Source: Octopus vulgaris (Eukaryota). From it: a stretch of 64,000 bases of DNA. The stretch lies in NCBI GenBank assembly GCA_951406725.2, contig OX597837.1:27776001-27840000 (forward strand). The letters run 5' to 3'. Shown here in pieces: positions 1 to 11,704 of this stretch (its first letter is position 1; every line of letters starts with the position of its first letter). Below the pieces are notes generated by a model that saw only the letters and a program-made list of their open reading frames with translations, was not told where the DNA came from and did not search any database. Both the position numbers and the translations under genes were made by a program.

Positions 1-174
1 TTGTATAAAACATTTTTTCTCAGAAATCTACTTTCTTTTTATAAAACACTGATATTCATATAAAGTGAAAGTGCATTTTCACAAACCCACTCCTTCAATT
101 GTCGTATTGCAACACGGCTAACAAAGTAAAAGGAATTATTTTTCACCCGGACGCTATCCACTGAGGTAGATACC

Positions 175-361
175 TATTTCTTTACTACCCACAAGGGGCT
201 AAACACAGAGAGGACAAACAAGAACAGACAAACGGATTAAGTCGGTTATATCGACCCCAGTGCGTAACTGGTACTTAATTTATCGACCCCGAAAGGATGA
301 AAGGAAAAGTCGACCTCGGCGGAATTTGAGCTCAGAACGCAACGGCACGAAATACTGCTAA
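175..361 (-). mobile_element. SINE family B, 5'-truncated (duplicate near 11955-12141)
   Basis: Matches body of copies at 5508, 32778 and 46569; flanked by 9-bp direct repeat GTAGATACC (166-174, 362-370). Confidence 0.85.
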
Positions 362-880
362 GTAGATACCATCAGCTTCACGATTACGGAGGTAAACCTC
401 CTTTGGAGAATAACATCTAGCTTGAACTGCAGTGGTCATTTAGGCATACTTCTTCCAGGAGCATCAAGCAATACTAGCCAAAAGGAGAAAAAATATATTC
501 GGAGGGGGAAAAAAAAGCCCGATAGAGAAGCTTTGATTCGAAAGGACTCATCGAAAGAAATAACAGTACCGAGGAAGAAGGCTCGCTCCAGGTTGCATTT
601 AATCTATCCAGGTAATAATCCGTCTGTCTTCACTTTTTTTCCACCCGTTGTGTTTCTATTTAAATTTTCGGAACACACACACACACACAAATACATACAC
701 ACACATGCAAGCGCGCACACACACACACATGTATATGGACAGGTAGGTTGATATATGGACAGGTTGATATACATATGAACAAGTAGGTCGATATACACAC
801 ACACCTTGTCAGCACTAATTTCGATCAGACTTATTTTCTCTCGCTTACTCTCTTTTTCTATCTGTCTCTCTGTCGATCTT

Positions 881-955
<75 letters not shown>

Positions 956-1091
956 GTCTGGAGACGATCAAGAGGTGGTATTCATCAACTTTTAGACATT
1001 ATATTATGTCAATTTATTGCCATGTTGATTCGTTAGCTACTGCACGCATTTTTTTTCTCTCCTTCTTTCTGTGTTTTTCTCTCTCTGTGTA

Positions 1092-1129
1092 TCTTTCTGT
1101 TGAAGAGCGCAGGCTCGAAACGTTAAAGA
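1092..1129 (+). ncRNA. Minimal type I hammerhead-like motif (variant CUGU core) in a Penelope-like terminal fragment (about 1050-1226)
   Basis: TCTTT-CTGTTGA-A-GAGC-GCAG-GCTC-GAAA-CG-TT-AAAGA: stem I TCTTT/AAAGA, stem II GAGC/GCTC, palindromic ACGT stem III. Confidence 0.6.
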
Positions 1130-1226
1130 CTTGTTTTATTTATATTTCCTGAGCGCCATACTAATACAATTGTTCGTTTGTTTTCCACCTGCCTTCGTCT
1201 TTTGTTTATTTTCATAAAGCTTCCCG

Positions 1227-1300
<74 letters not shown>

Positions 1301-1344
1301 CCATATGTAATTTATATACATACATGCATATATATATATGTATA

Positions 1345-1393
<49 letters not shown>

Positions 1394-1566
1394 TATATAC
1401 ATGTGTGTGTATATATATATATATTTATGTTTTACGTTCTTGTCCCAGTTTGTATTTTTCTACATATAATATATATATATATACACATACATACATATGT
1501 AATATACACACACATACATACATACATACATACATACATACATTCATACACACATACATACATTCA

Positions 1567-1617
<51 letters not shown>

Positions 1618-2151
1618 TATGTGTGTGTGTGTGTGTGTGTGTGTGTCCCACCCCTGACTTTGTTTCCGTTTAACTTTCGGTAAAATGGATATTTTTCAAA
1701 GATATTTTCTACAAATGCGCTTCAGATGGTGTATTGGAATTTGTGCGCTGAAGTTTTTCTGGCAGTGGTGTGAGGATTTTCCGAAAATTCAGAAGAGTCG
1801 GCTTCATTTTCTCAGAAACGTTTAGAAAAATAGTTTTATTTTAAAATAAAATTTGCCACAAATACCTTTCTGGCGTGTGCAAACTAGAATTATATGAGAA
1901 TTTAATGTAAGAAAAAAGGTGAGAAAAGATGGACACGCACACACATTCATACTCGTAAACATCACAATTTTCTTCGAAATTTCCCGTTTCATTTTCGAGA
2001 TATATATGTGTAAGTGTAAAACAGGTTCACACCACCCACTTCCTGGTTTTTTTGTCCGAAGAAATTTTGATGTGGGAAATTACGATTTTTCCCCCAAATC
2101 AAGTTTAATTTAAGAAAAGCGGTGAAAAAAGTTTGGGTATGTATACTGACA

Positions 2152-2617
2152 TCTATATCTATAAAACTGTAGTTGTGTGAGTGTCTGTCCCCTTCGATTT
2201 AGATTCCTAACTACTCCCACATTTTGCGGTGCAATTTAACCAAATTCGGGTATCTTTAGTCGTGATTCATATCGAGCCCGTCTGGGTATTAGCGCGCGTC
2301 TACGATGAGTCTACGATTTTAAAAATAATTTAACATAATTTTTTATTCCATTTTAATGCATAATTTTTCGTGTGTCGATGGCGGCGGAGTTGGCGTCCAC
2401 GCTCAAACACCTGCACCTGTGTTTGCTTCTCCCCTTTCTTCCCTCCCTCGTGAAGCTGTGGGGAAGGGAGTGTAAGGAAATCAACGTCGTAAAGCGCTGT
2501 CAAGGAGACCAGCGTTCTTTTAGAACAACGACTTCATGGCTTGAAGACACCAAAGCAGAATTGGCATCTATAAGGGAAGTAACTCTCTAAAAATGCAACG
2601 CCGGGCGATACTGCTAG
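2152..2617 (+). mobile_element. Non-autonomous Helitron-like element (duplicate near 14489-14955)
   Basis: Begins A|TC, ends CTAG|T with a GC-rich subterminal motif, no TSD; empty-site paralogue at about 3014-3114; homologous copy at 61212-61608 on -. Confidence 0.85.
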
Positions 2618-3192
2618 TATATTACAATATTCTTCGAAATATCTAGTTTCATGTAGTAGGTATATGTGATATGTGTTCAGGATATATATATGTACCATTT
2701 TTTCTCGTCCTGGTGCGCCGGATCCAGTGGCAAGACAAAGTCAAGACGGCTGGGGGTAGACCAGGTTGCAGGAGCTGCCGGAAGGTGGCATGCATGGCGC
2801 AATCCAACCGCCTTAGGGGCTCCACTCTGGGTTTTGGATGGCCATTGACTCATGAGAGAGTTCCTCTGCCCTTTGTCAGGTTTTGCTTTTAGTCCTGCTG
2901 GGTGTCCAAATCACCCCCTCACCAAGAAATCTTGGTGGGGTTGCCAGTTTAGTCGCCAACGACCCGACCATGTAACAGGTTGTCCTGGGTTACATGTTAC
3001 CAGTAGCTCCAAGGTTGGGTACGTATACTGACATATATTACAATTTTCTTCGAAATATCTAGTTTCATGTAGTAGGTATATGTGATATGTGTTCAGGATA
3101 TATATATATGTACCCTTTAGTTTTTTATTGTCACTTCTAGTATAATCGTGTCCGACAGGTGTGAATTTTCTGAAACTGTTTTTTCCCCACAC

Positions 3193-3420
3193 CTCTCTTT
3201 TGCTCTTTTACTCTTTTACTGGTTTCAGTCATTTGACTGCGGCCATGCTGGAGCACCGCCTTTACTAGAGCAAATCTACCCCCCGGGACTTATTCTTTGT
3301 AAGCCCAGTACTTACTCTATCGGTCTATTTTGCCGAACCGCTAAGTGACGGGGACGTAAACACACCAGCATCGGTTGTCAAGCAATGCTAGGGGGACAAA
3401 CACAGACACACAAACACACT

Positions 3421-3487
<67 letters not shown>

Positions 3488-3607
3488 TTTAAGCAGCAGA
3501 AAATTCAACAATTTGCTGCTTAAAATAAAGCATATTACTCTACCACTGGTATTTGAGTACTCTTTTTTCCACCATGTTTCACATTTATGTGTTTACTCCG
3601 GTATATA

Positions 3608-3646
<39 letters not shown>

Positions 3647-3808
3647 GACAGGCTTCTTTCAGTTTCCGTCTACCAAATCCACTCACAAGACATTGGTCGG
3701 CCCCGGGCTATAGCAGAAGACACTTGCCCAAAATACCACGCAGTGGGACTGAACCCGGAAACATGTGGTTGGTTAGCAAGCTACTTACCACACAGCCACT
3801 CCTGCGCC
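3193..3808 (-). mobile_element. SINE family A (tRNA-like head, internal microsatellite, (AAAGAGTA)n-type tail); duplicate 15525-16121
   Basis: On - starts GGCGCAGGAGTGGCTGTGTGG (box A-like) with GGTTCAGTCCC (box B-like); more than 12 homologous copies in window. Confidence 0.85.
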
Positions 3809-4410
3809 TATAATTTACACCTGGTAATTTTTTGTTTCTTTTCATAATACAATCGAAATAAACACTATCTGAAACGTATTTATAAAAAAATGTCATTAAA
3901 AAATACCCATATTTTCAAAGTTATGAAGAAGCAAAGTCAGTGCGTGGGGTACACACTTGTGTAGAGTTTACATGGTTGTTAAAATTTTTGTGCACTAGAT
4001 TGATTATGCTTCTACTATACACAAAACAATTTTTATAGTTAGCTAGTTTGGCCGTCTGCCCGGACACTTGAATGCTGTTACGTGAGCACGCCATCCATCA
4101 CAGTCCTCCATGCATGTTCTTAATTCGTTAACGTTTGCCATTCTACTGTCCTGAAGCAAGGTGTCCACATAGGTTAGACATCTTCTTCCCCTGTTGATCC
4201 TTCCTTCAACTGACTGCCACGTGACTAGTTGATACACAGATTCTTCTGACTGCCAGCAATTTCCATTCTTCTCTACTGGATCTTCTCAGTCACTTTGGGT
4301 AGATCTTACTCCCAGAGCAGCTTTATGAAGAGGATCTACAAAGACTAGGGAGAAGTGAAGCTAACATGCTCTGTATGATGTGAAGTGCCATCCTGAAAGT
4401 ATGACAAAGT

Positions 4411-4793
4411 TATAGGAGCACTCCGTCGGTTACCACGATGAGGGTCCCAGCTCATACGATCAACGGAACAGCTTGCTCGTGGAATTAACGTGCAAGTGGC
4501 TGAGCACTCCACAGACACGTGAACCCTTAACGTAGTTCTCGGGGAGATTCAGCGTGACACAGAGTGTGACAAGGCTGGCCCTTTGAAATACAGGTACAAC
4601 AGAAACAGGAAGAAAGAGTGAGAGAAAGTTGTGGTGAAAGAGTACAGCAGGGTTCACCCCCCCCTGCAGGAGCGTTGTGAAGCTTTAGGTGTTTTCGCTC
4701 AATAAACACTCACAATGTCCGGTCTGGGAATCGAAACCGCGATCCTACGACCGCGAGTCTGCTGCCCTAACCACTGGGCCATTGTGCCTCCAC
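4411..4793 (-). mobile_element. SINE family C (tRNA-derived); duplicate near 16725-17105
   Basis: Head GGCACAATGGCCCAGTGGTTAGGGCAGC...GGTTTCGATTCCC on -; 11-bp TSD TATGACAAAGT at 4400-4410 and 4794-4804. Confidence 0.9.
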
Positions 4794-5507
4794 TATGACA
4801 AAGTACAGATTGGTTGAGACAGGAATCAGATATTATTGTGCAAGGATGTGACATGCAAGAGAGACGTTTGCGCTAGTATGGTCATGTACTACGGATGAAT
4901 GAGGAGAGATGTGTGAAGAAGTACCACTCCCAAACAGTTGAAGGAATCTGAGGTAGAGGTGGACCCAGGAAGACATGGAATGAGGTGATTAAGCTTGACC
5001 TTCGAACGTTGGGCCTCACAGAAGCAATGACGAAAGACCTCTGGAGATATGCTGTGACTGCGAAGACGAAATAGTGCTAAGCATTTTGCCCGGTATGTTA
5101 ACGTTTCTGCCAGCTCGCCACCTTTCACACAATATTTCACACAAGATGCCATCCATTAGAATCCCCCATGCATGTTCTTAATTCGTTAACATTTACCATT
5201 CTACTGTCCTGAAGCAAGGTGTCCACATAGGTTAGACATCTTCTTCCCCTGTTCATCCTTCCTTCAACTGACTGCCACGAGACCAGTTGATACACTGATT
5301 CTTCTGACTGCCTGACGCAACGACCAGCAATTTCCATTCTTCTCTAATGGATCTTCTCAGTCACTTTGGATAGGTTTTGATAAAGCTGCTCGTTGGTTAC
5401 ATGAGCTCTCCATGTAGCATTCAGATCCATTCTTAACATTCTTGCGTAGCAACCGTCTATTTGTTTCTCAAGCCTTCTGGTGAGGGTTCAAGCTTTAGCA
5501 CCGTATA

Positions 5508-5930
5508 TATTTCTTTACTACCCATAAGGGGCTAAACATAGAGGGGACAAACAAGGACAGACAAACGGATTAAGTCGATTACATCGACCCCAGTGCGAAA
5601 CTGGTACTTTATTTATCGACCCCGAGGGGATGAAAGGCAATGTCGACCTCGGCGGAATTTGAACTCAGAACGTAACGACATATGAAATACCCATTTCTCT
5701 ATTACCCACAAGGGGCTAAACATAGAGGGGACAAACAAGGACAGACAAACGGAATAAGTCGATTACATCGACCCCAGTGCATAACTGGTACTTAATTTAT
5801 CGACCCCGAGGGTATGAAAGGCAATGTCGACCTCGGCGGAATTTGAAATCAGAACGTAACGACAGACGAAATACCGCTAAGCATTTCGCCCGGCGCGCTA
5901 ACGTTTCTGCGAGCTCGCCGCCTTTTCTTC
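5508..5930 (-). mobile_element. SINE family B, head plus two tandem bodies
   Basis: tRNA-like head GGCGAGCTCGCAGAAACGTTAGCGCGCC on -; 11-bp TSD AGCACCGTATA at 5497-5507 and 5931-5941. Confidence 0.9.
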
Positions 5931-6343
5931 AGCACCGTATAACAAAACTGAATCTACCGTGGAGATAAAAAAAATAATTTTCAATTCATGTGTCAACCTA
6001 GAACTTCAGATCTTACGCAGTTTGTGATTTTTATAAATTCCTAATAATTAAGATCTAAAATGTGAGATCATCTTTACCCTGATGACAGAGTCCCGTCTTA
6101 TCCAATGTCAATTGCATCCATACGGCCGCATATTGTGATGAACTAAATCTACCAGCATTATTATGGACCGAATCCCCAGAAACAGATGTTGGGCTTATAT
6201 CACCCTTCTTACATCCTTTTAATTTTCTCTGTCGTTTGTACTCCGTGAAAGTTGGACCTAGTTTATACTTACATGTTTATACTTAAAAATTCATCATCTG
6301 AAAGTCTTCACCTCTTGCTTTCTCTCGTTTTTTGTGTGTGTAC

Positions 6344-6403
<60 letters not shown>

Positions 6404-6630
6404 GGAAGGTTTACGAAAATAAACAAAAGACGAAGGCAGGTGGAGTACAAACAAACAAATGTATTAGTATGGCGCTCAGGAATCGAAATATAACAGAGTA
6501 TTTTACGTTTCGAGGAGGTGATACAAACCTACGCTCTTCGACAGAGCCTACAGAAAGATACACAGAAAAGAAACAAGGAGAGAAACAAATTGCGTGTAGG
6601 AGCTAACGATCCAACATGGCGTTCACTATA

Positions 6631-6669
<39 letters not shown>

Positions 6670-6673
<4 letters not shown>

Positions 6674-6924
6674 AAATGAAGAAAATGCTGACAAAATAAT
6701 TTAAGTAATTTAAGTAATTTAATTAGGTGAAAGTTCTTTTTACCGGTTGCGCATTTGTTATGCTTATCAAAAGATAGATTTTTTCCTCTTATCTCTTTCC
6801 AGATAAGAGGAAAAAATCTATCTTTTGATAAGCATAGCAAATGCGCAACCGGTAAAAAGAACTTCACCTAATTAAATGACTTAAATTACTTAAATTATTT
6901 TGTCAGCATTTTCTTCATTTCCTT
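6670..6924. repeat. Near-perfect fold-back of about 255 bp (6-nt loop at 6795-6800) with a one-sided tail; duplicate near 18934-19190
   Basis: Arms are direct reverse complements; a shorter member of the same family is at about 62340-62468. Confidence 0.9.
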
Positions 6925-6988
6925 TTTTATATATCACAACTCGTGTTCCACATCTCCTTTTTTAAATATATATATATATATATATATT

Positions 6989-7343
6989 GTATTTCATACT
7001 CAAACTAATACATTTAATATATTTGATGTATCCAATTTGCCTGGTGGGGGAGAGAAAGAGAAAATTTAGGAGTGTTAGGAAATTAGAATTAGGATAAAAG
7101 GAGAAAAGAAGAAAGAGAGAGAGAGAGAATAGAGTTTTACTGTTGAGTCATGAACTATCAATTTACCTGGAGCTATTATGTTCTCTCCACTGCCATCTCG
7201 TTCTCCTCTCCTTCTTCTCATTCTCCCTCTCTTTCTTCTTGTCTCCTTTTCTCCTAACCCTCCTAAATTTTCTCTTTCTCTCCCCCACCAAGCAATTTAG
7301 ATACATCAAATATATTAAATGTATTTGTTTGAGTATGAAATAC
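6989..7343. repeat. Inverted repeat (arms of about 90 bp, spacer about 170 bp)
   Basis: GTATTTCATACTCAAAC...GTTAGGA (6989-7080) is the imperfect reverse complement of 7252-7343. Confidence 0.8.
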
Positions 7344-7548
7344 TTTAACCCTTTAACTCTTTTTAAATGTATATACAGGATGTCCCAATAACTTACAGTT
7401 GACCTAATAAATTACCCCAGTCTATATTCACAAAACCTTCGCCTGACAAGCCTCGATTTTACAAATGTTTTTCTCCTACTCCCCCACCTCTCCTTTTCTT
7501 TATTCTTATTTTTTTCTTAACACCTTCAGACATTTTCCCACTTCCATA

Positions 7549-8220
7549 TATTGGGTCAATAAATACTTGACAGTACATTTTTAATCAACCAAATATGAAC
7601 CATTTTGTTGCACAATGCGTCGCCATCTTTCCTTTAACTTGAAAATACCCTCGTCCCAGAACTAAGGTGGTTTACTCTTTTACTCTTTACTCTTTTACTT
7701 GTTTCAGTCATTTGACTGCGGCCATGCTGGAGCACCGCCTTTAGTCGAGCAAATCGACCCCGGGACTTATTCTTTGTAAGCCCAGTACTTATTCTATCGG
7801 TCTCTTTTGCCGAACCGCTAAGTGACAGGTTTCATGGCAAAGAATTCATCAAAGTACCAAGGAAATGAAATTTTTACCATTAAGACTGTTCTGTAGAGCC
7901 CTGAATAAGTGGAAATCCGATGGAGCAATATCTGGTGAATATGGAGGGTGGGGTAACACATCCCAGTCGAGCCGCAGCAATTTTTGTCTGGTTCCCAAAG
8001 CATCAAGTGGCGAAGATGAACTTTCTTATCTTCCATTTTAAAGGGTTACAGAATTAACACAGGTTGTAGGAAGATAAACCGTCTTCCACGAAAAGATAGT
8101 TTAAACTGTGCTCTAAATAGAGGTGTAGTCAAATCCTATTTTGTGGATTCAACCATGTTCTAAAATAAGTCGAAAGGTAAGCTACTATAAATCGGTACGA
8201 ACTTTCCGGACAACCCAATA
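7549..8220 (-). mobile_element. Internally deleted mariner (Tc1/mariner) relic; duplicate 19820-20491
   Basis: TIR TATTGGGTTGTCCGGAAAGTTCG at 8220 and partial TATTGGGT at 7549; peptides MEDKKVHLRHLML, WDVLPHPPYSPDIAPSDFHLF and GIFKLKERWRRIVQQNGSY. Confidence 0.9.
7674..7827 (-). mobile_element. 5'-truncated SINE A inserted in the mariner relic
   Basis: 5-bp TSD GGTTT (7669-7673, 7828-7832) splits the transposase reading frame at MKP. Confidence 0.8.
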
Positions 8221-8875
8221 TTATTTCTTCACTCATAGGCTTTTCGTTTCTTTTCTGTTCTTTCACTTCGTGTTTTCCAGGACAAGTAAACACAGAGAAT
8301 GGACCCTTCATCAGTTGTCAGCTGTCTAGCTACTCCTCATTTCGAGCATTCAGCGGCAATACACGCACACTGAGGAACAGCACTAATTTCAGTCAGCTAT
8401 CTTCTCTCTCGATCTATCTATTGATCTATCGGTTCACTTCTCAGGCAGTATACTCTAGCTACGTCCTTCTTTCAAATTTGGTGTAGCAAAAGATTTGGCC
8501 CTTCGTTGCGAGAGGAGTGCAAGTGTTAAGAGTAAACGGATCGACAGAAGTCTGTGATGGAGTCATAGAAAGGCGAAGGGGTGATACAGAACGAGAGCTA
8601 ACTGAGAGATAGTTACCAATGGCTGTAGAAGTTGGGTGGCCACAAGAAGCAGAAGATGAATTATAAGAAATTATAAGAAATTTGAATTAGAGTGACTGGA
8701 AGTCTTGTTTGCATACGACTCTTACGATTTTTTTTTCAGCGGTATAATACCAAATTTGGTATGAGGGTTTTTCATTAATCGGGAAAGATTGTAGTGGGTC
8801 AAATTTTGGCCCTTGCACATATAGAGGTCTGTAGCCGCCCCCATACGACCCTTCCGATTTCTTTGCAACGGTAAA

Positions 8876-10095
8876 ATAGTTTCACTTATATTCTTTCATT
8901 TCTCATAAAACTATAGTTTCATTCTATTCTTTCATTTCTCATAAAACTATAGTTTCATTCTATTCTTTCATTTCTCATAAAACTATAGTTTCATTCTATT
9001 CTTTCACTTCTCATAAAACTATAGTTTCATTCTATTCTTTCATTTCTCATAAAACTATAGTTTCATTCTATTCTTTCACTTTTCATAAAACTATAGTTTC
9101 ATTCTATTCTTTCATTTCTCATAAAACTATAGTTTCATTCTATTCTTTCATTTCTCATAAAACTATAGTTTCATTCTATTCTTTCACTTTTCATAAAACT
9201 ATAGTTTCATTCTATTCTTTCACTTCTCATAAAACTATAGTTTCATTCTATTCTTTCACTTCTCATAAAACTATAGTTTCATTCTATTCTTTCACTTCTC
9301 ATAAAACTATAGTTTCATTCTATTCTTTCACTTTTCATAAAACTATAGTTTCATTCTATTCTTTCATTTCTCATAAAACTATAGTTTCATTCTATTCTTT
9401 CACTTTTCATAAAACTATAGTTTCATTCTATTCTTTCACTTCTCATAAAACTATAGTTTCATTCTATTCTTTCATTTCTCATAAAACTATAGTTTCATTC
9501 TATTCTTTCATTTCTCATAAAACTATAGTTTCATTCTATTCTTTCACTTCTCATAAAACTATAGTTTCATTCTATTCTTTCATTTCTCATAAAACTATAG
9601 TTTCATTCTATTCTTTCACTTCTCATAAAACTATAGTTTCATTCTATTCTTTCATTTCTCATAAAACTATAGGTTCATTCTATTCTTTCATTTCTCATAA
9701 AACTATAGTTTCATTCTATTCTTTTACTTCTCATAAAACTATAGTTTCATTCTATTCTTTCACTTCTCATAAAACTATAGTTTCATTCTATTCTTTCATT
9801 TCTCATAAAACTATAGTTTCATTCTATTCTTTCATTTCTCATAAAACTATAGTTTCATTCTATTCTTTCATTTCTCATAAAACTATAGTTTCATTCTATT
9901 CTTTCATTTCTCATAAAACTATAGTTTCATTCTATTCTTTCATTTCTCATAAAACTATAGTTTCATTCTATTCTTTCACTTCTCATAAAACTATAGTTTC
10001 ATTCTATTCTTTCACTTTTCATAAAACTATAATATTGTTTCGCTTTTATTCTTTCACTTTTCATAAAACTATAATATTGTTTCACTTTTCTACTT
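8876..10095. repeat. 36-bp tandem satellite, roughly 32-34 units
   Basis: Unit TTTCATTCTATTCTTTCAYTTYTCATAAAACTATAG; the pattern recurs every 180 nt in the 60-nt lines. Confidence 0.97.
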
Positions 10096-10498
10096 TCACT
10101 GATTGCTTCACTCGTATTCTTACTGTCTGTGTGCATGTGTGTGTGTGTTTCCTCTATGCATGGCTAAACCGCTGGATAAATTTGAACCAAATTTGGCGGT
10201 CTGGAAATTACGTCGGTTTTGTTTTATCGTTTTATGGTAAAAGAAGCTCTGTGGTGGCACCGTCTGAAAGGTTTGAAGACTGACATTTTCCTATCTGATC
10301 GAGCTCTCATCAACTTTTTAAAATATTCTTTGAGGAAGAATGTGAGAGCAGAGAAGGAGGTGGTGCTTTGAAAAGTGGGTGACTAGGAAGTACTGGAAGC
10401 ACTCCGCCGTTTACGACGACGAGGGTTCCGGTTTATCCGAATCAATGAAATGAGGGGAAACAAGTTAAAATATGAAAGAGAAAATAAAACTTAAAAAT

Positions 10499-11704
10499 CA
10501 ACAAGAGCACTCAAAGAGCACAAAACTCCGCCAAGGCAACACCAACATCCTCTCGACGATTAGCCAGAGATGATTTTTAAAATGTGACGTATATTTGCCA
10601 TTTAAATATGGCTAACCCCTAAGGGTGGATGCTACTGCAGTTTGTAGCCCCAGGAGGACACCTCCTCCAACTGGCTATAGACACACTTTCTGTGCCCTAT
10701 CAGTATTTTGATAGGGCACAGAAAGTGTGCCTATAGCCAGCTGGAGGAGGTGTCCTCCTGGGCCTATACTGATAGGGCACAGAAAGTGTGTCTATAGCCA
10801 GCTGGAGGAGGTGTCCTCCTGGGCCTATACTGATAGGGAACAGAAAGTGTGTCTATAACCAGCTGGAGGAGGTGTCCTCCTGGGGCTATACTGATAGGGC
10901 ACTGAAAGTGTGTCTATAGCCAGCTGGAGGAGGTGTCCTCCTGGGGCTATACTGATAGGGCACAGAAAGTGTGTCTATAGTCAGCTGGAGGAGGTGTCCT
11001 CCTGGGCCTATACTGATAGGGCACAGAAAGTGTGTCTATAGCCAGCTGGAGGAGGTGTCCTCCTGGCGCTATACTGATAGGGCACAGAAAGTGTGTCTAT
11101 AGCCAGCTGGAGGAGTTGTCCTCCTGGGGCTATACTGATAGGGCACAGAAAGTGTGTCTATAGCCAGCTGGAGGAGGTGTCCTCCTGGGGCTATACTGAT
11201 AGGGCACAGAAAGTGTGTCTATAGTCAGCTGGAGGAGGTGTCCTCCTGGGGCTATACTGATAGGGCACAGAAAGTGTGTCTATAGCCAGCTGGAGGAGGT
11301 GTCCTCCTGGGGCTACAAACTACAGTAGCATCCACCCTTAGGGATTATGGCAAATATACGTCACGATGTGTTGTAGCTACTGTTTATAACTCGCTCTGAG
11401 ATTTATTATTTTTAAAATGATAATATCCGAAATAAACTCGACTGCTCTCAGAAACGAGAAGACAAATAATGAACCCGCCCACTCGCAAAAATTGAGTTTA
11501 AAAAAACAAAACAATAATACAAAATCGTTGTCCGATAGTGGATCGATCCCAAATTCTAATCAGTTCGTGTCAGTCACAAGGCCAAACATCCCTGAAAGTT
11601 TCATCCGAATCCATCCAGCGGTTCTTGAGATATCTCGTCCACGGACGAACAAATAGAAACGACTAAAATCAATAATTCCGCCTTCGATAGGGCGGAGGGA
11701 ATAA
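10499..11704 (+). mobile_element. Helentron/HINE-like non-autonomous element hosting a nested insertion
   Basis: Starts AACAAGAG, has an AAGTTTCATCCGAATCCATCCAGCGGTTCTTGAGAT core, ends with hairpin CCGCC-TTCGATAG-GGCGG followed by AGGGATAA; class assignment from recalled family structure. Confidence 0.55.
10585..11407. repeat. Fold-back insertion with one inverted and ten direct 61-bp units
   Basis: 12-bp TSD ATTTTTAAAATG (10573-10584, 11408-11419); terminal IR GTGACGTATATTTGCCAT/ATGGCAAATATACGTCAC; 61-bp period. Confidence 0.9.

Larger units (their letters stand above)
4030..5960 (-). mobile_element. Degenerate non-LTR retrotransposon 3' fragments (RTE-like C-terminus, partly duplicated) interrupted by SINEs
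   Basis: Minus-strand peptide ...QIDGCYARMLRM...MEIAGRCVRQ...GRMNRGRRCLTYVDTLLQD... is typical of LINE ORF2 C-termini; contains stops. Confidence 0.7.
1..10381 (+). repeat. Copy A of a large recent tandem (segmental) duplication; left end lies outside the window
   Basis: Position 1 matches 11780 and colinear near-identity runs to ...GAAAAGTGGGTG (10381 vs 24253), with the same nested TEs in the same order. Confidence 0.95.

Noticed and set aside
422-751. 109-aa Lys/Arg-rich ORF
   Set aside because: No ATG start, runs into (CA)n, and the duplicate copy has a frameshift in the A-run near 12290
8876-10095. Hammerhead in the minus strand of the 36-bp satellite (TTTATGA-GAAAT-GAAA)
   Set aside because: Lacks the CUGA core and any supporting stems; chance match in AT-rich sequence
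10709-11312. 61-bp periodicity as a CRISPR repeat-spacer unit
   Set aside because: The whole 61 bp is conserved between units; nothing varies as a spacer would
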